NCBI GenBank assembly: GCA_965224085.1
Contig: CBDCYI010000005.1
Location: 1,280,001 to 1,344,000, forward strand
From: Candidatus Marinacidobacterales bacterium
Lineage (GTDB): Bacteria > Acidobacteriota > Vicinamibacteria > Marinacidobacterales > SMYC01
DNA: 64,000 bases
Direction of reading: 5' to 3'
Positions 1-9,437 of the stretch are shown in pieces. The notes beneath the pieces are model-generated. The model was not told the origin of the DNA. It saw nothing but the letters and a program-made list of their open reading frames with translations, and searched no databases. Position 1 is the stretch's first letter. Each line of letters opens with the position of its first letter. The position numbers and the translations under genes were made by a program.

Positions 1-7
1 CGAAGGC

Positions 8-775
8 ATGGATTCGTCGCTCGCGGTGGCGCGTGCTGAGCTCCACGCCGTTTTCGCGCGGGTCTCCGGTGAGAGCCCGGCAAGAGCGGAGAGCACACCC
101 GATCTCGAAGCGGAGCACTACCTCGCTTTCGAGGAGCGCTTCCGCGGAAGCTCCGATGCGATTCGGGAACGCCTCGCCGACTACGTACCCTACTTCGAAG
201 GAAAGAACCCTGTGCTCGAGCTCGGGTGCGGGCGCGGAGAGTTTCTCGAGCTCTTGAAAGAAGCCGGCATCGAGGCGGAAGGCGTGGACGGCAATCGCGA
301 GATGATCCATGCTTGCCGCGACAAAGGCGTCGAAGCGAAAGTCGGGGATCTCGTGACTGTCCTTGCGGATCGCGCCGCCGGATCGGCCGGCGGTATCTTC
401 GCGGCTCAAGTGATCGAGCACTTGCCGCCTTCGCTTCTGAGAAAAGTGCTCGCCGATGGCTACCGCGTTCTCCGTCCCAAAGGCCGCATCATCCTCGAGA
501 CCGTGAACCCCACGAGTGTCATAGCACTCGTGGAATCGTTCTACCGGGACCTCACCCACCAAAAGCCGCTTCACCCCGAGACACTCGAATTCATGCTACG
601 CGCCGTAGGCTTTCCCGAAGTGACCGTCCGCACCACGAGCCCGGTCGGCGAGCGAGCGCGCTTGCTTCCGGTGATGGCGTCGATGGATGGAAGCGACACA
701 GTCAATCAGAACTTCGAAAAGCTCAACGCGCTGCTCTTCGCCGACCAGGACTACGCGGTCATCGCGACCAAGTAA
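8..775 (+). CDS. Class I SAM-dependent methyltransferase (probably 5'-truncated by window edge)
   Basis: VLELGCGRGEF motif I, QVIEHL, 'LRPKGRIILET'; frame is open to the window start. Confidence 0.85.
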   Translation: MDSSLAVARAELHAVFARVSGESPARAESTPDLEAEHYLAFEERFRGSSDAIRERLADYVPYFEGKNPVLELGCGRGEFLELLKEAGIEAEGVDGNREMIHACRDKGVEAKVGDLVTVLADRAAGSAGGIFAAQVIEHLPPSLLRKVLADGYRVLRPKGRIILETVNPTSVIALVESFYRDLTHQKPLHPETLEFMLRAVGFPEVTVRTTSPVGERARLLPVMASMDGSDTVNQNFEKLNALLFADQDYAVIATK

Positions 776-785
776 TGGCAGCTAT

Positions 786-1094
786 ATGATGAAGAGGATG
801 GTGAAGGTAGCCACCCAGAGCGAAATCGAAATGGGCACCTGCAAGGCCATCGAAGCCGACGGCAAGACCATCGTTGTCTACAACGTCGACGGCGAGTTCT
901 TCGCCTCTTCGAGCCAATGCGCACACCAGGGCGGACCGCTCGGGGACGGGCTCGTCGACGGCAAGACCGTGGCTTGTCCGTGGCATGCGTGGCAGTTCGA
1001 CCTCGTCACCGGAGAAGCCATCTTCGACCCCGGCTTCAAGATCGACTGCTTCAAAGTCGAGCTCCAAGGCGATGACATTCTCGTCGAGGTATAG
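786..1094 (+). CDS. Rieske [2Fe-2S] ferredoxin (NirD/dioxygenase-ferredoxin-like)
   Basis: CAHQGGPL...CPWH Rieske motifs; start at ATG 786, 789 or 798. Confidence 0.9.
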   Translation: MMKRMVKVATQSEIEMGTCKAIEADGKTIVVYNVDGEFFASSSQCAHQGGPLGDGLVDGKTVACPWHAWQFDLVTGEAIFDPGFKIDCFKVELQGDDILVEV

Positions 1095-1096
1095 AT

Positions 1097-1864
1097 CTGG
1101 CTAAAGAAGCGAGCGTCCAAGACACCCCAACCGGTGAGAGCCTGGAGGAGCTGTCCCGCCGCGCTCGGACTCTCGCGCGCAAGCTCCGGAAAGCCTATCC
1201 CGACGCGAAATGCGCGCTCGACCACGACAACGCGCTCCAGCTGCTCATCGCTACGATCTTGTCAGCCCAATGCACCGACGCGCGGGTCAACAAAGTGACG
1301 CCGGCTCTGTTCGCGCGCTACTCGGAAGCGAAAGACTTCGCTGCTTCCGAGAGGAGCGAGCTCGAGGAGCTCGTCCGCACGACGGGTTTTTACCGCAACA
1401 AATCCAAGTCGATCCAGGGCGCCACGTCGAACATCACCGACACGTTCGGTGGCGAAGTCCCGAAGACGATGGAAGAGCTTTTGACCCTCCCCGGCGTCGC
1501 GCGCAAGACGGCGAATGTCGTGCTCGGGACGGCTTTCGGCATTGCTTCCGGTTTCGTCGTCGACACGCACGTCTTCCGGCTCTCCCACCGCATGGGGCTC
1601 GCGAAAGCGAAGACCCCGGAGCAAGTCGAGAGACAATTGATGGCGCGCCTCCCGAAAAAGGATTGGATCGATTTAGCGCATATCCTGATCCATCACGGCC
1701 GCGCCATCTGCGCCGCTCGCTCGCCGCAATGCGATGAGTGTATGGTCGAAGCCGATTGTCCCAAGATCGGCGTCGAGCCGCCCAAAGCGAAAACCGTCGC
1801 GCGCGACATTTCCAATCGGGGCCGGCCACTGAAAGACCGCATCGCCGCCGCAAAGAAGAAGTGA
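1097..1864 (+). CDS. nth: Endonuclease III (HhH-GPD, 4Fe-4S); start probably non-canonical CTG
   Basis: LLIATILSAQCTDARVN, LPGVARKTANVVL, VDTHV, C-x6-C-x2-C-x5-C; conserved N-terminal part lies upstream of the first TTG (1259). Confidence 0.92.
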   Translation: MAKEASVQDTPTGESLEELSRRARTLARKLRKAYPDAKCALDHDNALQLLIATILSAQCTDARVNKVTPALFARYSEAKDFAASERSELEELVRTTGFYRNKSKSIQGATSNITDTFGGEVPKTMEELLTLPGVARKTANVVLGTAFGIASGFVVDTHVFRLSHRMGLAKAKTPEQVERQLMARLPKKDWIDLAHILIHHGRAICAARSPQCDECMVEADCPKIGVEPPKAKTVARDISNRGRPLKDRIAAAKKK

Positions 1865-1868
1865 CGCC

Positions 1869-2900
1869 ATGAAGCTCGGGCTCAATATCGGCTTTCTGAC
1901 TTCCGCGAATCCCGACCCAGTGCCGCTCGCCGTCGAAGCCGAGCGGCTCGGCTATAACTCTGTGTGGGCGGCCGAAGCGTGGGGCTCGGACGCCGTCAGC
2001 CTCATCGCTTGGGTGGGTGCCAAGACTGAGCGCATCGGCCTCGGCACCGCGATTCTTCAAATTCCGTCGCGCACACCCGCGTTGACGGCGATGACCGCTG
2101 CCACGCTCGACCGCTTGAGCCACGAACGCCTGCTTCTCGGGCTCGGCGTCTCCGGCCCTCAAGTCGTCGAAGGTTGGCACGGAGTGCCGTATGGGAAGCC
2201 GCTCGCGCGCACGCGTGAAGCCGTCGCCATCATCCGCCGCGTGCTCGAGGGTAGCGAGCCGCTCCGTTGGGACGGCGAGGTCTATCGTGTCCCGCACCCA
2301 GGTGGTACCGGGCTCGGCAAGCCACTGAAGTTGATGATGGCTCCTGCGCGTCCGTCCATCCCGATCTATCTCGCCGCCATCGGCCCGAAGAACGTGGCGC
2401 TCGCCGCGGAGATCGCCGATGGCTGGCTACCTGTGTTCTACTCGCCGTTTCATCCCGAGAGCTTTCGAGGCGCACTCGAGAGCGGGTCGGCCCGGCGCAC
2501 GCCCGCGCGCCAGGCTCTCGACTTCGACGTGGCGCCGAGCGTTCAAGTCGCGATTGGCGACGATTTAGACCGCTGCCGCAATGCCGTCAAACCGACGCTC
2601 GCGCTCTATATCGGTGGCATGGGGGCGAAAGGCAAGAACTTTTACAACAGCCTCGCTTGCCGATACGGCTACGAAGCCGAAGCCGAGACCATCCAGGATC
2701 TCTACTTGGCAGGACGCAAGAAAGAAGCGATCGCGGCGGTTCCCGATGCGCTCGTGGATCAAGTCGCCCTTTGTGGTCCCGAAGCGCGCGTCGCCGAGCG
2801 GGTGCAGGCGTGGAAAGAAGCAGGCGTGACGACGCTCATCTGCATGCTACAGGACGTGGGGACGCTGCAGACAATGGCAGCGATCAGGGAGCGTCTATAG
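1869..2900 (+). CDS. LLM-class (luciferase-like) F420-dependent oxidoreductase
   Basis: AEAWGSDA, LGLGVSGPQVVEGWHG, IYLAAIGPKN, ADGW motifs. Confidence 0.88.
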   Translation: MKLGLNIGFLTSANPDPVPLAVEAERLGYNSVWAAEAWGSDAVSLIAWVGAKTERIGLGTAILQIPSRTPALTAMTAATLDRLSHERLLLGLGVSGPQVVEGWHGVPYGKPLARTREAVAIIRRVLEGSEPLRWDGEVYRVPHPGGTGLGKPLKLMMAPARPSIPIYLAAIGPKNVALAAEIADGWLPVFYSPFHPESFRGALESGSARRTPARQALDFDVAPSVQVAIGDDLDRCRNAVKPTLALYIGGMGAKGKNFYNSLACRYGYEAEAETIQDLYLAGRKKEAIAAVPDALVDQVALCGPEARVAERVQAWKEAGVTTLICMLQDVGTLQTMAAIRERL

Positions 2901-3732
2901 TTTCGGAAATACGATAGAGCTTCGTCTGCGTGCGGAGATAGAGGCTCTCTCCTACGATGGCGGGGCTAGCAAAGCTCATTTCACCGAGGCTGTTTTTTCC
3001 GAGCTCCTCGTGCTCGTCGACGCCCGCGCGGGCGACGAACGTGTCCCCGTCTTCGCTCAAGAAGAACACGTTCCCGCCATAGGCCCAAGGAGAGGCAGAG
3101 AACGTGTGACCGCCCCCGCCCACGCGCGCGCGGTAAAGGCGCTCGCCGCTTTCCGCGTCGAGCACCGAAAGGATCCCGTTGTCGTTCACGATGTAGAGAC
3201 GGCCTCGATAGAGAAGGGGCGACGACGTGTAAGCCGAAGCGCGGGGGTGTCTCCATGCGACGAAGGCGTTGGCTTCTTCGCCTTCAGCTAGAGAGATGTC
3301 GCCCGACGCTCCCGGCCGGACGGCGTAGACGGGTCGGTTCGATTCGCCTTGAGAGCCGGTGCTGAGAAACAGGAGGTTCGCTCCCTCGAGCGGCGTCGGC
3401 GTTGCTTGTCCGGACAGCCCTGAGAGACGCCAGAGCTCCTTGCCCTGGTCGTCATAGCCGACGGCGATACCGTGCCCAACGGAAACGATTTCCTCGCGCC
3501 CCTTCGTCTTCCAAAAGAAAGGCGTCGACCAACCCGAGGCAATCATCCTCTTCCCTTCGCCACGGGCGACACGAAAGATCTCTTTGCCCGTCTTCCTGTC
3601 GACCGCGGCGAGAAACGATTCTTCCTGATTGTCGTGCTGTATGTAGACCCGCTCGCCGGCGACGATCGGTGAGGATGCCGTCCCGAAATCCGAATAGATC
3701 TCCTGGGGCTCCCAGTGCTTCTTCCAGACTAG
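2884..3732 (-). pseudogene. C-terminal part of PQQ-like beta-propeller (BamB-like) protein interrupted by IS
   Basis: WSTP, YTSSP, FSASP propeller repeats; joins in frame with 5423-5992 when 3733-5422 is removed (…GELVWKK…). Confidence 0.85.
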
Positions 3733-5422
3733 CTAGTACCCGTCCTGACAGGTGTAAGAGGTTGAGAAAAAAGGGGTAATCGCAAATTTAGGGCTAGCCT
3801 TCTGAGGGAGTGTCGTTTAGTATCGAGTCGACAAAAACGCAGATTCTAAACGACTTAACTCCAAAGGAGACCAGCCCTAAATGCGAAAAACGATCAACCC
3901 ACAACCAAGCCTTCGCGAGCCCTGGCTGGAGCTGGAGCACGCACGCGAGCTCGAAACGATATCATCGCTGCTCGATGCCCATCCTAAGCTGAATGAGCTG
4001 GTACTGCAAGACCTGAGGTCGGTCACCCCATCGGCAGGGAGCGATGTTGGTCGTGGGGGAATGAGCGCGGAGCAGGTTCTCCGGGCGTTGTTGGTCAAGC
4101 AGCTGAATCAGTTCACCTATCGGGAGCTGGCGTTTCACTTGGCAGACTCTCGAAGCTATCGGACGTTTTGCCAGCTCGGCATCATAGAGCCGAGCCCGTC
4201 GAAGTCGACCCTAGCAGCAAACATCAAAGCCGTGAAGTTCGAAACGCTGGAGAAAATCAACCGAGAGTTGGTGAGTGTTGCCGAGAAGACCGCGATCGAA
4301 AAAGGAAGAAAAGTACGAGTGGACTGCACGGTAGTGGAGTCGAATATTCATTCTCCTACGGACTCCGAGCTTCTTTATGACTGCGTCCGAGTTCTCACTC
4401 GCCTCATGTGCCGAACTCGCGAACTGCTGGGTACAGTAGTGGTCTTCGGCAATCGAACGCGTCAAGCGAAGAGACGTCGACTGGGAGTTCTAAACGCGAA
4501 GGATAAGGAACAAAGGCGTCGCGTCTATCGAGATCTACTGAAGGTGTCGGAAGAAACCTATCGCTCCGCTCAACGCGTTGCAGACCAGTTGGACGAGTCC
4601 GGCTTGACCGAGCCGGTGAAGCGAGCGAGTGCGGAGAAGATCGCCGCGGATTTTAAGCACTTTCTCGTCCTCACCGAAAAAGTCATCAACCAAACTCGGC
4701 GTAGAGTGATTGATGAAGAGCGTGTGCCTGCGGAGGAAAAGGTCGTTTCGATCTTCGAAGAACACACCGACATTATTCGCAAAGACCGGCGCGAGACTCT
4801 CTACGGTCACAAGGTGTGTTTGACTGGTGGCTCGTCCTCGATGATTTTGGATTGCGTGATCTTGGATGGGAATCCGTCCGATTCAACTCTCGCGGAAACC
4901 ATGATCGACCGTCAAGTCGAACTCTACGAACGGGCCCCGCGCCAGGTTGCCTACGATGGCGCGTTTTCTTCAAAGGCAAACTTGGAAGCCATCAAAGGCA
5001 AGGGAGTTGAAGATGTTGCCTTTACCAAGGCTCACTTCGCGGTGACCGATATGGTCAAGAGTTCCTGGGTCTATCAACGCCTACGGCGATTTCGCTGCGG
5101 AATCGAAGGCGTCATTTCGTTCTTGAAACGAGTCTTTGGTCTCGACCGATGCACATGGCGCTCATTGCCTTCTTTCAAATCCTACGTATGGAGTTCCATC
5201 ATCACCTGCAACCTGTTGGTAATGGCAAGGCACCTATTACGATAATAATGATTACTCTTACTGCGTTTATAGCCATGGATTGCTGACGATTCGCCTCTCG
5301 TTTCGTCCAAGATTTTCATTCGCTTCCGAGCCTACGAGGTGCCGGCTGAAAACGTATAATACCCACATCTTCGATAGGCCTCTCGTACACCACAAGTTAT
5401 GGTGTTTCTGGACAGGAACTAG
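3733..5422 (+). mobile_element. Insertion sequence, 1690 bp, ISNCY/IS5-like DDE (copy 1)
   Basis: Imperfect terminal IRs CTAGTACCCGTCCTGACA / CTAGTTCCTGTCCAGAAA (14/18); near-identical inverted copy at 45381-47070. Confidence 0.92.
3881..5245 (+). CDS. DDE transposase (ISNCY/IS5-like), 454 aa
   Basis: RVDCTVVESNIH, AYDGAF, R-x-R-CGIEGVIS-x-LKR DDE signature. Confidence 0.9.
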   Translation: MRKTINPQPSLREPWLELEHARELETISSLLDAHPKLNELVLQDLRSVTPSAGSDVGRGGMSAEQVLRALLVKQLNQFTYRELAFHLADSRSYRTFCQLGIIEPSPSKSTLAANIKAVKFETLEKINRELVSVAEKTAIEKGRKVRVDCTVVESNIHSPTDSELLYDCVRVLTRLMCRTRELLGTVVVFGNRTRQAKRRRLGVLNAKDKEQRRRVYRDLLKVSEETYRSAQRVADQLDESGLTEPVKRASAEKIAADFKHFLVLTEKVINQTRRRVIDEERVPAEEKVVSIFEEHTDIIRKDRRETLYGHKVCLTGGSSSMILDCVILDGNPSDSTLAETMIDRQVELYERAPRQVAYDGAFSSKANLEAIKGKGVEDVAFTKAHFAVTDMVKSSWVYQRLRRFRCGIEGVISFLKRVFGLDRCTWRSLPSFKSYVWSSIITCNLLVMARHLLR

Positions 5423-5992
5423 CTCGCCTGTCATGGAATAACAGAAAAGCCCAACGTTTCCGAAATAAGCGTAGACGTGCTCGCCATCTGTGGCCGGTGT
5501 CTCGGAAGCATAAGTGTTCTTGCGATGCCGGCCACCGAACGGCTTGCCGCGATGCGCTTCGCGTTCCCACAGGATTTCACCGCTTTCCACAGCGACGGCA
5601 TAGAGCATGTAACGGATAGCTTCGGTCTCGCTCGCGAGCTCGATGTCGCGCGTGACGACGCGATCCATCACTTCCTCGTCGCTCAAGCCTTGCTCGGCAA
5701 GCTCCGCGGCATAGTCGTTTCCGAAGATTCCGGTGGAAGGCTCTTTGAAAGAGCCGTCGACGGTGACGGCGGAGGTCACGAAAAGCGTCGAGCCGCACAC
5801 GATGGGTGACGACCATCCGCGGCCGGGTATTGTCGCGACCCAAGCAACGTTGTCGGTCTCGGACCACTTCGTGGGAGGTGTTGCTGTCTCGGAGACGCCA
5901 GAGCTTCCGGGACCGCGGAATTGCGGCCAGTTGTCAGCGGAGGCGATGAGGGACCAGAGGAGCAAGAACGGAATCCAGCGAGAGCTCGTCAT
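5423..5992 (-). pseudogene. N-terminal part of PQQ-like beta-propeller protein (signal peptide) interrupted by IS
   Basis: Signal peptide, NWPQFRGP, GRGWSSPIV, NTYASETPATDG. Confidence 0.85.
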
Positions 5993-6231
5993 ATGCCCGC
6001 AATGTTTTCGTGAAGCGGCACGGCTGTCAATCCGAAGACGGTTACTGCTTTGGCGGCGAGCTACGGTTTCGTTTACCTCGGAGTGGATGGCGCGTGGCAC
6101 GGTGGCGGCCGGCCGGAGGTAAGAGCGCTTCGGTAGAGAACCTTTGACCGTCGTGTCGTGCACCCGAGCGCGAGCACGTGATTGCCAAAGTCCTCGTCGC
6201 GAGCGTAAGATGAACTAGACCCACAAAAAAT

Positions 6232-7236
6232 TTGCCAATGTCTTCGCCGAGTTCACGCGAATTTCTCGAGCTCTCCGAGGCCTGCGACCTCGAGGGTAAC
6301 CGCTTCGTGCTCACACCGCGCCCGTGTCCCACCTGTGGCGTGGTTGCTAGGGAGGTTCTCGGATTGCGCGGAGGCGAATACCAGCGCTACCACCAAGGCA
6401 TCGTCTCTCGCATCGTGCGTTGCCACGAGTGCGGTCTCATTTATCCCGATCCGTTTCCCCTCCCGTGCGATTCTCAGAAGCTTTACAGCGACCCCGACAA
6501 GTACTTCGGTGGGGACGACTCGGAGAATAAAGTGGAGTCCTACCGTGGTCTGGTGAGGGAGGTGGGCGAGCGTCTGGGCGGCTTTCCGTTTCGCTTACTC
6601 GACGTTGGGAGTGGCCGGGGCGAGATTCTCGCGGCCGCACGTCTCGAAGGTGTCACTGCCGTCGGTCTCGAGCTGAGCCAGGCTATGATCGCCGAAGCCG
6701 ACGCGCGCTACAACGTCGAAGTGCGCTCCCAAACAATCGAGGAGTTTTCGGGGACCATCCGGGACGCGTTCGACGCCATTACCCTATGCGCCGTCCTCGA
6801 GCACGTCTATGACCCAAACTCCATGATCTCGTGCGCAGCCCAGCTGCTTCGTCCTGGGGGCATACTGTACGTCGACGTCCCCAACGAGCCTAACTTGCTC
6901 ACGCACGTTGGCAACACCTGGAACCGACTCACGGGCAGCCCCGCCGTTTACAACATTCAGCCGACCTGGCCTCCGTACCATGTCTTTGGCTTCAACCGCC
7001 GAGCCCTCAACGTCTTGCTGTCGAAACACGGATTCACCCTGCAATCGGTTCAGATTCACGCCGCGCCCAACGTGCCGGCCCACAGCCATTGGAAGGATCA
7101 GGCGCGCGCCTTCGTCGCGACCCAGATCAATCGACTCGCGAACTACACTGGGACCGCCGCCAACATGTTCGTTTGGGCCCGACTCGCGGAGGGCGACGCC
7201 AGTGATCCGCCCGGCAAGGACCAAGCGCAGCAGTAG
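6232..7236 (+). CDS. Class I SAM-dependent methyltransferase with N-terminal Zn-binding CxxC pairs
   Basis: CPTC…CHEC, LLDVGSGRG, AVLEHV, LRPGGILY. Confidence 0.85.
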   Translation: MPMSSPSSREFLELSEACDLEGNRFVLTPRPCPTCGVVAREVLGLRGGEYQRYHQGIVSRIVRCHECGLIYPDPFPLPCDSQKLYSDPDKYFGGDDSENKVESYRGLVREVGERLGGFPFRLLDVGSGRGEILAAARLEGVTAVGLELSQAMIAEADARYNVEVRSQTIEEFSGTIRDAFDAITLCAVLEHVYDPNSMISCAAQLLRPGGILYVDVPNEPNLLTHVGNTWNRLTGSPAVYNIQPTWPPYHVFGFNRRALNVLLSKHGFTLQSVQIHAAPNVPAHSHWKDQARAFVATQINRLANYTGTAANMFVWARLAEGDASDPPGKDQAQQ

Positions 7237-7313
7237 CACCGTCGTGCGCGCATCTTCCTTGGCCCGGACTAGGCTGCCTAGCCGCCTCCAGTGTCTCGAG
7301 CATCGGCGAACCT

Positions 7314-7799
7314 TCACGGTTTCCCGATAGCCGCCGCGAGTCGTTCCGGATCTTCGCTTCCGAGCAGAAACCGCCGCGTCCGGGCGCCGCTGATGCGCCG
7401 GGCCTCGGTCAGCTCCAGGAGGACGCCTCGCGTCCCCCGTACCGAGTAGATGCTCGTCTTCTCTCCTTCGAAACGGCCGACGCGGATCCCCCAGCCACCA
7501 AATTGACGGATGGGACGGTAGGATACGATGCGCGCCCTTTCGATGCGGGACAGAGGCACGCGTTGCGCGAGCCAGCCGGGATCGCCGAAACGCGCGGCGA
7601 CCCCTTCCTCGTCGACTTGGAAGACGAGGCGGCCGAACATCGCGGGGAGTATCACGAGTCCCGCGCCAATCAGAAGCGGGATCCAGGGTAAATCCGGCAC
7701 GGCCTGGAGCTGGACCCAGACGAAAACGCCGAGCGCGACCAGGTACAGGACCTGCACGATCGGCGAGAACGAGACCGTCTGCTCGAAGCGATGTGCCAT
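7314..7799 (-). CDS. Hypothetical membrane protein (2 TM, FGGWGIR motif)
   Basis: ATG at 7799 (MAHRFEQ), two hydrophobic helices, GGWGIR motif. Confidence 0.65.
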   Translation of the reverse strand: MAHRFEQTVSFSPIVQVLYLVALGVFVWVQLQAVPDLPWIPLLIGAGLVILPAMFGRLVFQVDEEGVAARFGDPGWLAQRVPLSRIERARIVSYRPIRQFGGWGIRVGRFEGEKTSIYSVRGTRGVLLELTEARRISGARTRRFLLGSEDPERLAAAIGKP

Positions 7800-7912
7800 G
7801 CTATTCGCCGAGTGTAGGTGGGAAGAGGTCGCCGGTCTACGGTTTCGCCCGACGTTGCCGAGGTCCACCCGAGGACGCTCGCAAACGGAGGGTCCCCGGG
7901 TCCTCGAGGCGT

Positions 7913-8305
7913 TCAACTGCTCGTCTTGCGCTTGCGCGGAACGACTTTGATCTGCTTGGGCTCGCGGATGAGGATGTAGAACTTACCCTCCTGTTCCGCC
8001 ACTTCGCCCGTGACGCGCACGTTGCGGCGGGTATATTTCTTCTCTATGTCCACTTTGAACTTGTGTACCTCGCTCGCGAGCACGATGGCCTGAAAGGCTT
8101 TGGTCGTATCAGCGCCGAAATAGAGGTGGATCCCCGATTCCGACTTACCGTTGGTGTAGATCCTACCCTCCACAGCAATCTCTTTACCGACTTGTTCTGC
8201 GGTGACGGCAGTTGGCCGCATAGGTTCCATTTGGGCGAAGGCGGTAGCGCCGAGTAGGAAAAGCCCGAGCAGGAAAAGGCTAAGGGCTGAAGCTGAGGCT
8301 CTCAT
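7913..8305 (-). CDS. Secreted OB-fold-like hypothetical protein
   Basis: Signal peptide, AAGGAGG RBS, 'VEGRI…HLYFG…VRVTGEV…QI' OB-fold pattern. Confidence 0.7.
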   Translation of the reverse strand: MRASASALSLFLLGLFLLGATAFAQMEPMRPTAVTAEQVGKEIAVEGRIYTNGKSESGIHLYFGADTTKAFQAIVLASEVHKFKVDIEKKYTRRNVRVTGEVAEQEGKFYILIREPKQIKVVPRKRKTSS

Positions 8306-8457
8306 GAAGACCTCCTTTTAGGACAAGACAGATGCCGGACGAGAAGGGGCCGACGACACGAGGCCCCTCTTGTCGCCTAACGTGTTGTGTCTATCACCGA
8401 TTACGGAGGTTGTCAATCGTACGTGGCCATTGCGAAACCCGGAGGGAGCGCTAAGCG

Positions 8458-9228
8458 CTAATGCAACGTCGGGCCGTCGTCGCCACCGGAGCGCTTCTCG
8501 TAATAATCCTCGAACTTCTTGCGAAGTCGTTTCATCCGCCAGCGCCGATACGCGTCTCGCCAGGAGCCGCCGAGCTCGGCGCGCAAACCGCCCAACGAAC
8601 GGCGACGCCCCCTGCCGGCGACGCCCACCCATCGAAGCAACAAATAGCCGGTGACTAAACCGCCGAGGTGCACGCTATGCGCAACCCCTTGCTGCCCGTT
8701 GATGGAGCTCGCGAAGGCCAAGATCCCGAACATCGCGACGAAGAAACGCGCTTCCATCGGGAAGACGAAGAACAACAACACTTGCTGGCGCGGGAAAAGA
8801 TAACCGAAGGCAATCATGACCCCATAGACCGCGCCCGAGGCGCCGAGGATGGGGATATTCGAGCTCCAAAACAGATAGGACAAGAAAGCGAACGCCGCAC
8901 CGCCGAGACCACAAAGAAAGTAGTAACGATAAAAAGATCGACTGTCCCACGTTCTCTCGATCGCGCATCCAAATATGAACAGGCCAAACATGTTCAAAAG
9001 GATATGGCTGAGTCCATATCGGTCGTGCAAGAACATGTACGTAGCGACCCGCCAAATCTCAAAGTTCCAAGGCAGCACGAGCGACGGGACCAAAGTGAAC
9101 CACGCGGTGAAGTTCTGGATTAGGACTTGGAGCACGTAGACGACGACGTTGGCGATGATGAGGTTCTTGACCGCAGGGGTCACAGGACCTCCGAACATCG
9201 AGCTCAAGTCGCGCCGGTAGTAGGACAT
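8458..9228 (-). CDS. Rhomboid family intramembrane serine protease
   Basis: WR..TYMFLH, HILLNM, GASG catalytic motif, AHSVHLGG. Confidence 0.93.
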   Translation of the reverse strand: MSYYRRDLSSMFGGPVTPAVKNLIIANVVVYVLQVLIQNFTAWFTLVPSLVLPWNFEIWRVATYMFLHDRYGLSHILLNMFGLFIFGCAIERTWDSRSFYRYYFLCGLGGAAFAFLSYLFWSSNIPILGASGAVYGVMIAFGYLFPRQQVLLFFVFPMEARFFVAMFGILAFASSINGQQGVAHSVHLGGLVTGYLLLRWVGVAGRGRRRSLGGLRAELGGSWRDAYRRWRMKRLRKKFEDYYEKRSGGDDGPTLH

Positions 9229-9252
9229 GCAAAGAGCTTAGCACACGGTTTT

Positions 9253-9437
9253 TTACCGCGGCCCCGCCCCGCGAAGGAATCTACGCACGGCGTAGCTCGC
9301 TTTGGCGTGGTCGAGCCGCGCGGCGGCGAGAAGCGCGCTGCGATCGGAGCGCGCGACGTGCGGCGCCAAGATTTGCCAGATCCGCTCGCGCGCCACTGAC
9401 GTTGCGTTCCCCGAAAGTTCTAAATAGAGCTTCACCG
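9253..9437 (-). pseudogene. C-terminal gene remnant truncated by IS6
   Basis: Open frame runs up to the IS6 end at 9438; no clear RBS/start. Confidence 0.4.

Noticed and set aside
5267-5422. PQQ N-terminal ORF extension 'PVQKHHNLW…' (also 45285-45536)
   Set aside because: Read-through into the IS end, not a real domain
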